From: an uncultured Alphaproteobacteria bacterium
Lineage (GTDB): Bacteria > Pseudomonadota > Alphaproteobacteria > RF32 > CAG-239
Assembly: GCA_944392225.1 (NCBI GenBank)
Contig: CALXWB010000004.1
Location: 206 to 64,205, forward strand
Direction of reading: 5' to 3'
DNA length: 64,000 nt
Shown here: piece after piece, positions 26,135-34,256 of the stretch
Layout: every line of letters starts with the position of its first letter
Position numbering within the stretch: position 1 is the first letter of the stretch
Notes under the pieces: model-generated
The model's input: the letters and a program-made list of their open reading frames with translations, nothing else
What the model was told of the DNA's origin: nothing
Databases searched by the model: none
Translations under genes and position numbers: made by a program

Positions 26135-26857
26135 ATGTCTGTAACAAAAAAAATAACAATCGCTATTCTGTTTTGGGTTTGTTTTTGCAAGCCGGCAGAC
26201 GCTTTTTTTCCTTTTCCCGTTCCTTTGATTGGAACAGATATTGCCAACAATGTGGCAGATTTGGGCGAAAATATGATTGTTACGGCAGATAAGCTGGAGC
26301 AACAGCAGACCACATTTCGCAAAATGAGTGAAGAGTTTAAGTCGGGACCTTTTGGCTATGATGCCATCATCAAATATCATGATGCGTTAAAAGCCATAGA
26401 TTTACCCAGAGACATTCCGGCAATAAACGCACCCAAGCAAGTTGGTGAAAATATTAACGACCCGGATGAAACGGCAAAGAACGTTGCCAATGTATATATC
26501 AACAGCTATTCCGAGAAAGGCGGCCACACGGATGAAGCCAAGAGAAACCGTCAAAAAAGGTTAGAACTATTGCAGGCCAATGTTTCATCCATGTATGCAC
26601 ATGCTTTGGCCACCAGGTTTCATTTGGCCAAAGAACGTCAAATGCCGGATTCCACGTTGCAAACGGAAAACACGCGAGAAATCATTCAAAGTATTAGGGC
26701 AATGCGACAAAAAACCACCAAACGATGGAATGAAATATTGTTTATGGAAGCTCAAATTACAGAATATAATGCCTCAAAATTGGCTACAATCATAACACTG
26801 AGCTCAGAAGAAGCCAAAGAACAAAACGTTGCGTTTCCGGAAGGAGAAAACAAATGA
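26135..26857 (+). CDS. VirB5/TrbJ-like secreted protein (paralogue b)
   Basis: Signal ending 'PADA'. The mature 'FFPFPVPLIGTDIANNVADLGENM' repeats the P-x-[IFL]-[DG]-x3-hydrophobic pattern of the neighbouring paralogues. Helical remainder. Confidence 0.35.
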   Translation: MSVTKKITIAILFWVCFCKPADAFFPFPVPLIGTDIANNVADLGENMIVTADKLEQQQTTFRKMSEEFKSGPFGYDAIIKYHDALKAIDLPRDIPAINAPKQVGENINDPDETAKNVANVYINSYSEKGGHTDEAKRNRQKRLELLQANVSSMYAHALATRFHLAKERQMPDSTLQTENTREIIQSIRAMRQKTTKRWNEILFMEAQITEYNASKLATIITLSSEEAKEQNVAFPEGENK

Positions 26858-28047
26858 GAAAATATAGTTTAATGGTTATATTATCGCTTTTGTTTTTATC
26901 AATTGTGCCGCAAAGGAGCTTAGCTCAGGTTGTGATAAAAATACCAAACATTGGAGAAGATGTTGTAACAACGTTGACCAAATGGAGGACGCAGGCGGAA
27001 AATTTATTGGATAAGGCCGGAAACTTGTCTGTTGTCAAAACCATCGGCAAAGGTTTTAATGAGACCAAAACTTGGATAAACAACAATTTGAGTGAGCTCA
27101 AGTCTTTCAGAGATCAGGTCCAATCGGAAGTAGATGAACTTAAAGGAGCCTATGATGAGGTTTCAGACTCATATGAAGAGGCTTCCAAAACATATGAAGA
27201 CACGGTCGGACAATATCAAAAAGTTTATGGTGATATAAAAGCATTGGAAGAACAATATCAAAGCATAAATAACAAGATTGAAGAATTGTCAAGTGAGTAT
27301 AATCAGCAAGTTAATGCGCAAAAGGCCGTCTGGGAAGGGGAGAAAAACACCATGACGGACAATATGGCACAGCTGGAAAAACTCATGGCGCAAGACCCTG
27401 AAAACAAAGAAACATATCAAAAACAATATGATGAAATGGCTGAACAAAAGAAACAGATAGAAGAGCAAATAGAAACTTATAGCGAAGAAGCCGAAAAAGA
27501 GTTAAATGAGATGACCGCGTCTTATCGCGAAGAAATGGCAAGCATAAAAAGTGACATTGCTCAGCTCAAGTCTGATTTGATGCAGATAGGAGGCATCCAG
27601 GAAGAGCAATCGGCGGAAGATGCATTGCGCAACACCACGGATGTCTACTTTTTGCAATATGATGAGGAGCTCAACCCAGAGCGCCAAGAGCAAATCAGGA
27701 AAAACCGTTTTCGCGAGAGAAGAAAAAGCATAATAGAGGCCTATGTCAACGCCTTAAAATATATTCCCAAAGCCAATGATAAAAACTTTACGGGAGAAGA
27801 TTTGGGCTATGGAGCCTCAACCTTTGATACATCGGTCGGAGCTTGGGGTGCCAATGCCAGATTGAATATTGAATATTTGAAATCATTGAGCGACTATGCA
27901 CATCTGCTGGTTTATGATTTGAAGCGTCAAACCGCCATAGAAATAGCCAAAATCAAATTCTATAAGCTGGAAAAAGAACAGAAAAACATTACGGAATTTA
28001 ACTTTGATGACTATGTCTATGAAGAAAAATCGAAAGGAGATAAATAA
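26854..28047 (+). CDS. VirB5/TrbJ-like secreted coiled-coil protein (paralogue c)
   Basis: ATGA start/stop overlap with the previous gene. Signal ending 'SLAQ', then 'VVIKIPNIGEDVVTTLTKW', then a long coiled coil. Confidence 0.35.
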   Translation: MRKYSLMVILSLLFLSIVPQRSLAQVVIKIPNIGEDVVTTLTKWRTQAENLLDKAGNLSVVKTIGKGFNETKTWINNNLSELKSFRDQVQSEVDELKGAYDEVSDSYEEASKTYEDTVGQYQKVYGDIKALEEQYQSINNKIEELSSEYNQQVNAQKAVWEGEKNTMTDNMAQLEKLMAQDPENKETYQKQYDEMAEQKKQIEEQIETYSEEAEKELNEMTASYREEMASIKSDIAQLKSDLMQIGGIQEEQSAEDALRNTTDVYFLQYDEELNPERQEQIRKNRFRERRKSIIEAYVNALKYIPKANDKNFTGEDLGYGASTFDTSVGAWGANARLNIEYLKSLSDYAHLLVYDLKRQTAIEIAKIKFYKLEKEQKNITEFNFDDYVYEEKSKGDK

Positions 28048-28718
28048 TGTTTGGTAAAAAAATAAAATTATTTATCTTGGTAATGATAATTTTTTCTGTG
28101 TTGACGCTTTTTTCAAAAGCGCAAGCATTTCCTTTGTTTGACCCGGGTAGTTTGGCATCACAAGTCGGCAATACGGTAACGGCAACGGCAAACAAAGTCA
28201 CCACCTTCAACAACAAAGTTGTCAAAGGTATATTGCAGACCTATAAGTCCATAGAAGATTTTTTTGCCAATTTGTTTACAAGAAAAGAGACAAAAGTTCC
28301 CGGAACAAAAGAGATAAAAGAAAGCAAAGTTGCCGATATGTCGAGCGAGGAATCAATTCGTGAAACGTTTCCTGAGCTGTTTTTCCGCTATCCGTCATTC
28401 GACCCCAATATTCAGTTGGCATATAAGCACGAAGGCAAAGAGTTTTTTGAAGACACAATGATAGAAGCCTTCACGGCAGTCAGAGAAATGGAAAAACAAT
28501 TGATAAAACTGGATGAAGAGATTGCCAAAACGGAAGAAGATTACAGCGATGCAGAAGATTTGAACGGTGGCTTGAATAATATATATATGATTTCGGCACA
28601 AACAGATAAGGTGATGACAATCATTCAGGAATTAGTTGCCATCAAGTCGCAAATGACGGCGGCTTATGCGGTTTACGGTGAGGTAGACCCGATATATGCG
28701 GCGCAAGAGAAAAAATAA
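28047..28718 (+). CDS. VirB5/TrbJ-like secreted protein (paralogue d)
   Basis: Abuts the previous stop. Signal ending 'KAQA'. Mature 'FPLFDPGSLASQVGNTVTATANKV'. Helical remainder. Confidence 0.35.
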   Translation: MFGKKIKLFILVMIIFSVLTLFSKAQAFPLFDPGSLASQVGNTVTATANKVTTFNNKVVKGILQTYKSIEDFFANLFTRKETKVPGTKEIKESKVADMSSEESIRETFPELFFRYPSFDPNIQLAYKHEGKEFFEDTMIEAFTAVREMEKQLIKLDEEIAKTEEDYSDAEDLNGGLNNIYMISAQTDKVMTIIQELVAIKSQMTAAYAVYGEVDPIYAAQEKK

Positions 28719-28737
28719 AATTTGCGGGAGAAAGAAG

Positions 28738-31700
28738 ATGATGAGAAATATAAGCAAAATATGGTCTGTGAGCGCAAGCCTTTTACTTTTGCTCGGAAAT
28801 CAGGCTTTTGCCGCGGAAGTTTCTCCCGCGAAGGCAGATTCTGCCGCCACAACAACGGCTTTGTCACAGCAAAATATTGTCAAACAAGCAGATCAAACAG
28901 AGACGGCACAACAAGAAGTTTCAGTCAAAAGCAGCAATTTTAGCGGCAGTGTGCTGAGTTATGCTCCGGCAGCCAAAACAGATCAAAAAAGTCCTTTTTC
29001 AGGTTCCGAAGAAGCAATGTCGGAGTTAGATAAACTTGAGCCGATAGAAAAAGACTTAAAAACGGCGGTAGACATTCACAATCTTATAAATCGGCTTCGC
29101 GGCTATAAAAACATTCAAAAACAATATAACAACACCAAAAGGTTATATGACAAGTCATTGCAATTGTTAAAAGATTCAGAGCAATGCACCATAGATTATC
29201 TGGGGCGCTACTTCAATAATCCGATAAAAGTTTGGTCCGGCACGGATATGAGAGAAAACCCGCAAAATCATGATCTGAGGCAAGGGCTTTCAGCTTGGGC
29301 AATTGCCATGTTTGAGACGGCCAAAGCAGCGGAAGTATCGCCGATGGATATCAGTGATGTTGTCAGCATAGAAACTCAAGAAACAGAAGTTGTGAATGAA
29401 TATGGCGATGTTGTGGAAGTGGAAACCACAATCAACAGCTCCACCTCAACAGTTGGCGTAAATGTCAATAATTCCAGCAAGGAGAGCGGCAAAGTAACTG
29501 ACATTTCAAGCCTCAACGCCTCGGGTGAGCAACAGGCAAAAGCGTTGCAAGAACAAACACAGGGCAACTATTTCAAAGAGCCCGGCCGCCAGGAAGAACT
29601 TGAGACGGAAGCCAGAAAATCACAATTGCTGAATTTAGATATCGGTGCCGAAGTTGCCGAATGGATGGCAGATTATTTGGCGTATGGTGAAAATTCGGCC
29701 ATAGACGGCACAAAACCCGGCTGGAATTATCCTGACTTGGGCGGTGTCAAAAAAAGATTCCCTGTTTGGAATGACCAAAAAGCATTCTATTCTCAATATC
29801 TTAAAAGAAAATATGACAATATCAAAAATTATATTAAAAATTACAAAATAGAAGGAGATATCAGAGATATTGTCAGCAACGCCATATTTGAGCGCCAAAA
29901 ACAATATATGAATGTGGCCGAAGAGCAAATAACCCTTGCTGCGGTAAACGCCAAAAATACGGCAAGAAAATTGTATGATGATAAAGTATCTGCGGCACAA
30001 AAGGATTATGAAGCGCAATATGATCAATTGTATGATGCTCATAGCGCGGTGATAAACAAAATCAACGCGCAAAAGAATAATCAAATTGCCAAGTATAACC
30101 AAGACATAGAAATCATAAACCAACATCGCAATGCCTATATGACACATATAAGCGATATAAATGCTCAAAACAATCGTTTGCAAAGTGATTTGCAAGAACT
30201 GGAACAAGAGTTGGCCGGATATGATAATATGCTGGCAGGGTTGAACCAAACGCCGGAACAACAGGCTGATTATCAAAATGCCAAAAAAGCGCTGGAAACA
30301 GAGATAAATCAATTAAAAAGCCAAATTGAAGAAAGCAAAAAAGAAAGAGATGAGCTGCAAAAATTATACGATGCCGAAACGGCGAAATGGGAAGAAATAA
30401 ACCAAAAAATAAAAGATGTGGAAACCAAAGCTCAAGTAGATATTGCCGAAGAAAACGACAAGTTTCAAACTGCGGTAGAGGGTTTGCAAGCAGATTTGGA
30501 AGAAAAGATTAAGCAATATAACAGAGAGTTGGAATATAAGAACAGCAACATTGACCAGGCAGAGTTGGCTGCCAAAGCCGCCATTCAAAGCAAATCCTTG
30601 ATTACGGCACAAAAAATTGTTTCTGAAGCAGATTTAAGCATGGAAGATGCCAAAGAAACGGCATATGAAAATGTGGATAAGGTTTATAATGCCATCATGG
30701 CTCTCGGAGATGATCTGTATCGGGGCAAAGCTCAAGAAACGGTTGCCGCATATCACCAAGCATTGATAGACAGTTTGAAAGGCAATCCGGCCCAAATAAA
30801 CGGAGAAGAGCTAAAATCGGCAGCAGTCAAGGTTCATGATATCAGCAATTTCAACATTGATATTGTTGTCAGTTCATACATGGATGCCTTGATGCGGGAT
30901 ATGTATTTGGAAGATTATCGCAAACAAGTTTCCAATACGAATGTTTTGCTGACGGTTTCTGTTTTTGACAAGATGTTGTCCGGGGTTGACACGAGTGCCG
31001 ACACGCAATATTTTGTCGGTTCACAGCCAAAGGTAGAAGATTTTCGGGCACCAAAGACCATGCCGGATTATAATTTACCGCCTTTGCGAGAATATGTCCG
31101 TTTGGATAATGTTGACTTGCAAAACTTGGGCAAAGATGCTCTGCAGATAACGGTTCCCGATATGGAAAACTTTGATCAAATGAACCCCAAATTCTATAAG
31201 GTGACGGCAATAGACAAAGAAAAATTCTTAAGCTACGGCGGTAAGATTCCAGAGGTTTGGAAGCTGATGCTGCAAGACAAAACCTTTGTTGACAGCGATT
31301 TTGATTTTAATTTCGACGGGAAAAATATTTTATCTTTGGGAGATGAAATGTCTCCGTTGTATCGAGGCGGCATATATCCGTGCAAACTTGTCGGCATAAA
31401 AAACTATTTAGGGCAGAGCTGCGATATTTCGGGCAAGGTTGAGAACGGAGAAGCCGTAGTCGATGTTTTGGTTGTAGACAAAGATAAGACCAATGCCGGA
31501 GAATATAAACTGACCTTGTCTTTATTGAGCGGAGATGCACGCACAACCGCCATAAACCAAGGTTTGCCGACATGTCAAAACATAACGGCAAGTTGTTTGG
31601 GCAATAAGGCACAGCTAAAGTTTTTGAACGGAGAAAGCCTGAAAAATGAAATAGGCGCAAAAATCGGCTCAGAAAATTATAGCGAGCTGGGTAGTATTTT

Positions 31701-32385
31701 GAACATATACACGGGCACTTTGTCCACCAAAGAAGACGTGAAAAACATGCTTGGCTACAGCATACCGATGCAATCTGTTGTAACATACAGCAAACGCATG
31801 GAGGAAAGAGCCAATCAGGAAGATTCGGAAGATTTAACCCCCTCGGAACAAATAAACGATGATATATATGTCGGAGCACAGTATAACAATAACCAGGTTG
31901 GTGATTTTCTGGAACATGTAGAAATGGAGCAAACCTATAAAGAAGCGCTGGATGATTTGCAAAATGAAGCCGAAGAGATGAAAACCGAACTGATAGAAAA
32001 TCTTAAGAACTATGGTTTTGAACCCAGTTCAGATTTTGATATTTCAAAAGAACAAGATTATGAATTGGCCGTAAATAAGTTAAAATCATTGAAGAACCAA
32101 TATATTACGCAAGCCAAAACACAAATAGATGATATCAAACCCGGAGAATATGATGTTTTGAAAGATTATCAAAACTCATACAATCGGATATATCAAGGTT
32201 TGTCAATGGATACGGAAGCGGTGATGACCATGACAATGGATGTTGATGATTTATCCGAGTTTTCCGAGAACTTAAAAACGGCAACGGTTAATAACACGGT
32301 AGATGAAACCTATGAAAACGAGGGTGATGAAGACTTTGAAAACACGTTAAAGTCGATGAAACCGGCCTACTGTGCAGGATATTAA
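28738..32385 (+). CDS. Very large (1215 aa) secreted coiled-coil protein, T4SS-associated, function unknown
   Basis: Signal peptide 'MMRNISKIWSVSASLLLLLGNQAFA|AE' (ATG 28738 behind GGGAG). Central ~300 aa is Q/N/E/K heptad-like ('QSDLQELEQELAGYDNML...'). Cys-containing C-terminal globular part. It occupies the slot between the VirB5-like genes and virB8. Confidence 0.6.
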   Translation: MMRNISKIWSVSASLLLLLGNQAFAAEVSPAKADSAATTTALSQQNIVKQADQTETAQQEVSVKSSNFSGSVLSYAPAAKTDQKSPFSGSEEAMSELDKLEPIEKDLKTAVDIHNLINRLRGYKNIQKQYNNTKRLYDKSLQLLKDSEQCTIDYLGRYFNNPIKVWSGTDMRENPQNHDLRQGLSAWAIAMFETAKAAEVSPMDISDVVSIETQETEVVNEYGDVVEVETTINSSTSTVGVNVNNSSKESGKVTDISSLNASGEQQAKALQEQTQGNYFKEPGRQEELETEARKSQLLNLDIGAEVAEWMADYLAYGENSAIDGTKPGWNYPDLGGVKKRFPVWNDQKAFYSQYLKRKYDNIKNYIKNYKIEGDIRDIVSNAIFERQKQYMNVAEEQITLAAVNAKNTARKLYDDKVSAAQKDYEAQYDQLYDAHSAVINKINAQKNNQIAKYNQDIEIINQHRNAYMTHISDINAQNNRLQSDLQELEQELAGYDNMLAGLNQTPEQQADYQNAKKALETEINQLKSQIEESKKERDELQKLYDAETAKWEEINQKIKDVETKAQVDIAEENDKFQTAVEGLQADLEEKIKQYNRELEYKNSNIDQAELAAKAAIQSKSLITAQKIVSEADLSMEDAKETAYENVDKVYNAIMALGDDLYRGKAQETVAAYHQALIDSLKGNPAQINGEELKSAAVKVHDISNFNIDIVVSSYMDALMRDMYLEDYRKQVSNTNVLLTVSVFDKMLSGVDTSADTQYFVGSQPKVEDFRAPKTMPDYNLPPLREYVRLDNVDLQNLGKDALQITVPDMENFDQMNPKFYKVTAIDKEKFLSYGGKIPEVWKLMLQDKTFVDSDFDFNFDGKNILSLGDEMSPLYRGGIYPCKLVGIKNYLGQSCDISGKVENGEAVVDVLVVDKDKTNAGEYKLTLSLLSGDARTTAINQGLPTCQNITASCLGNKAQLKFLNGESLKNEIGAKIGSENYSELGSILNIYTGTLSTKEDVKNMLGYSIPMQSVVTYSKRMEERANQEDSEDLTPSEQINDDIYVGAQYNNNQVGDFLEHVEMEQTYKEALDDLQNEAEEMKTELIENLKNYGFEPSSDFDISKEQDYELAVNKLKSLKNQYITQAKTQIDDIKPGEYDVLKDYQNSYNRIYQGLSMDTEAVMTMTMDVDDLSEFSENLKTATVNNTVDETYENEGDEDFENTLKSMKPAYCAGY

Positions 32386-32396
32386 AGAGCAAACTG

Positions 32397-33158
32397 ATGG
32401 AACAAGAGAAGACACTGACAAACAACGGAAGCAAAGTTTTGTTGCTCAATGGAAAAGGGAGCAATGAGCAGATAAACTTTATCCAAGAACAAGAAAAAGA
32501 AGCAACAAGCTTCAAATTGATATATTACATCTGGATATCAAGAATGTTTATCTTTTTTGCCACCTTGTCGCTTCTTTTCATGTTTTTAACAAACCTGTCA
32601 CTGTTTCGTCTGGCTCCATTGGTTGAGGTAGAGCCTTTTTTGATAATCCGTCAAGATGATTCGGAAAATTTGGTTCGTTCCGAGCCGATAGCCACAGACA
32701 TGAGCTCCAAAGATTTAATATTTGAAACATTTATCAAGCAATATGTTATTTTGCGCAACACCTGGATCAATGACGAGCAGGAAATGAACAGCCGTTGGAT
32801 GCCGGGAGGAATGGTTCATTTTTTGTCTTCCTGGCCGATATACAGCCAATTCAACGCCGGGGTAAAAGACACAATCATTGCCATAAAAAATAATTCGCAA
32901 GTCCGCGAGGTGGAAATAATATCAATCGGGCGTCTTGGCGGTAAAAAGAGCGAGGTATGGAAGGTTGACTTCAAAACCTATGATATGATGCCAAACAAGA
33001 CCGGAGAGAGCAAAGGTTTTGTTATGAAAGAAAGATATTGGACGGCATCTGTCACGGCCAGACTATATCCCGAGAGAGTTTTCATGGGAAGAAGGTTAAT
33101 AAATCCGCTCGGGTTTACGGTCATCAGATACTCTCAATCTGAGGTTGAAATCTTCTAA
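32397..33158 (+). CDS. virB8: VirB8-family T4SS protein, paralogue 1
   Basis: Bitopic, with TM 'MFIFFATLSLLFMFLTNLSLF'. Periplasmic NTF2-like part with 'FIKQYVILRNTW', 'VWKVDFKTY', 'YWTASVTARL' and the terminal 'INPLGFTVIRY' (VirB8 'NPLGF.V..Y'). Confidence 0.8.
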   Translation: MEQEKTLTNNGSKVLLLNGKGSNEQINFIQEQEKEATSFKLIYYIWISRMFIFFATLSLLFMFLTNLSLFRLAPLVEVEPFLIIRQDDSENLVRSEPIATDMSSKDLIFETFIKQYVILRNTWINDEQEMNSRWMPGGMVHFLSSWPIYSQFNAGVKDTIIAIKNNSQVREVEIISIGRLGGKKSEVWKVDFKTYDMMPNKTGESKGFVMKERYWTASVTARLYPERVFMGRRLINPLGFTVIRYSQSEVEIF

Positions 33159-33299
33159 AAAACAAAAAAAACACACAATTTTAATAAAAGATGTATATAA
33201 GTTGGGGATTTTCTCTGTATGATATTAGACATTTAAAAGAAAAAAGTTTAATGATTTTAAAATAACAAGACGAGTGTTTGACAACGAAAGGCCTAAGTT

Positions 33300-33488
33300 A
33301 TGAAAAAATCACTCAAACTTATATGCATCTTATCAGTTCTTTTTCTGTCAGGGTGTTTTGGCTCATATTATGAGGCAGAACCGATTGGCGTCGGAAAAGG
33401 AATAAATGAATTAAAATTATCTCCATGCGCTTGCATGCACTTGGATTTGCCGAAAAATCTGCCGGATTGGTATATAGAAACGATCTAA
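33300..33488 (+). CDS. VirB7-like small outer-membrane lipoprotein
   Basis: 62 aa with lipobox 'FLSGC'. Small Cys/Pro-containing mature peptide with 'LPKNLP'. Located just upstream of the virB8-2/virB9 genes. Confidence 0.5.
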   Translation: MKKSLKLICILSVLFLSGCFGSYYEAEPIGVGKGINELKLSPCACMHLDLPKNLPDWYIETI

Positions 33489-33504
33489 CCTTTGAGGAAA
33501 GTAA

Positions 33505-34239
33505 ATGGTTGAATCTTTACAAAAAAATCAGGTGGATCAAAAGCTCATATCCGGCCGCGCACAAGCCCCTTCGCAAAAGAAGGCTCAAAATGCGCCAAAA
33601 GATATTTTTGTAGCCAACATTGCTGAAAAAAGATATTTGTGGACAGCCAGAGCTTTTGCCGTTATCACGGCAATAAGCATTTGCTGCAACATTGTTTTGT
33701 TTTTGGCTATAATGCAGGTTATTCCGCTGTTTCGCGTAGAGCCGTTTTTGCTTTCATTTCAAGATAAACAGGAGCAAGTATACAACATTGTTCCGCTGCA
33801 AAATTTAGAAGATCAAAAAGCCATCAGCGAGATTTTTGTTCGTCAATATGTTTTGTTGAGAAGTTCGTTTTCTTCAGATATCCCGGAGATGGAAGCGCGT
33901 TGGATGCCGGGTGGTCCGGTGCAAGAAATGTCTTCTCCCGTGGTATATGAAGATTTTCAAAAAAACACGGCGCTCAGAGCGTTGGATATTATAAAATCCA
34001 AAGGCTTGACCAGAAGTGTAAAGATTATTTCCGCTAACGAGCTCACGCGCGGCTTGTGGCAGGTTGAATATGAAACAAGAGATATGTATCCAGATTCAAA
34101 GGCCCCGGAAGTCAATTACTGGACGGCATCTTTAAGAATAAGATACAGAGGAAAATCGGTAAAATACGGAGAACGACTGAAAAACCCGATAGGCTTTACG
34201 GTAGACAGATATTCTTTGACATATAACAAAGTTCAATAA
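33505..34239 (+). CDS. virB8: VirB8-family T4SS protein, paralogue 2
   Basis: TM 'FAVITAISICCNIVLFLAIM'. 'FVRQYVLLRSSF', 'LWQVEYETR', 'YWTASLRIRY' and 'KNPIGFTVDRY' are collinear with paralogue 1. Confidence 0.8.
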   Translation: MVESLQKNQVDQKLISGRAQAPSQKKAQNAPKDIFVANIAEKRYLWTARAFAVITAISICCNIVLFLAIMQVIPLFRVEPFLLSFQDKQEQVYNIVPLQNLEDQKAISEIFVRQYVLLRSSFSSDIPEMEARWMPGGPVQEMSSPVVYEDFQKNTALRALDIIKSKGLTRSVKIISANELTRGLWQVEYETRDMYPDSKAPEVNYWTASLRIRYRGKSVKYGERLKNPIGFTVDRYSLTYNKVQ

Positions 34240-34256
34240 GTAGAATGGTGTAAAAT

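Noticed and set aside
29635-30312. A 225-aa minus-strand ORF rich in Ile/Leu/Phe.
   Set aside because: It is antisense to the A-rich coiled-coil section of the 1215-aa secreted protein. Its composition (a T-rich codon shadow) is typical of spurious antisense ORFs in AT-rich genes.
33425-33613. A 62-aa plus-strand ORF overlapping the VirB7-like gene and the virB8-2 start.
   Set aside because: It is in an alternative frame bridging two better-supported genes. It has no signal peptide or RBS.
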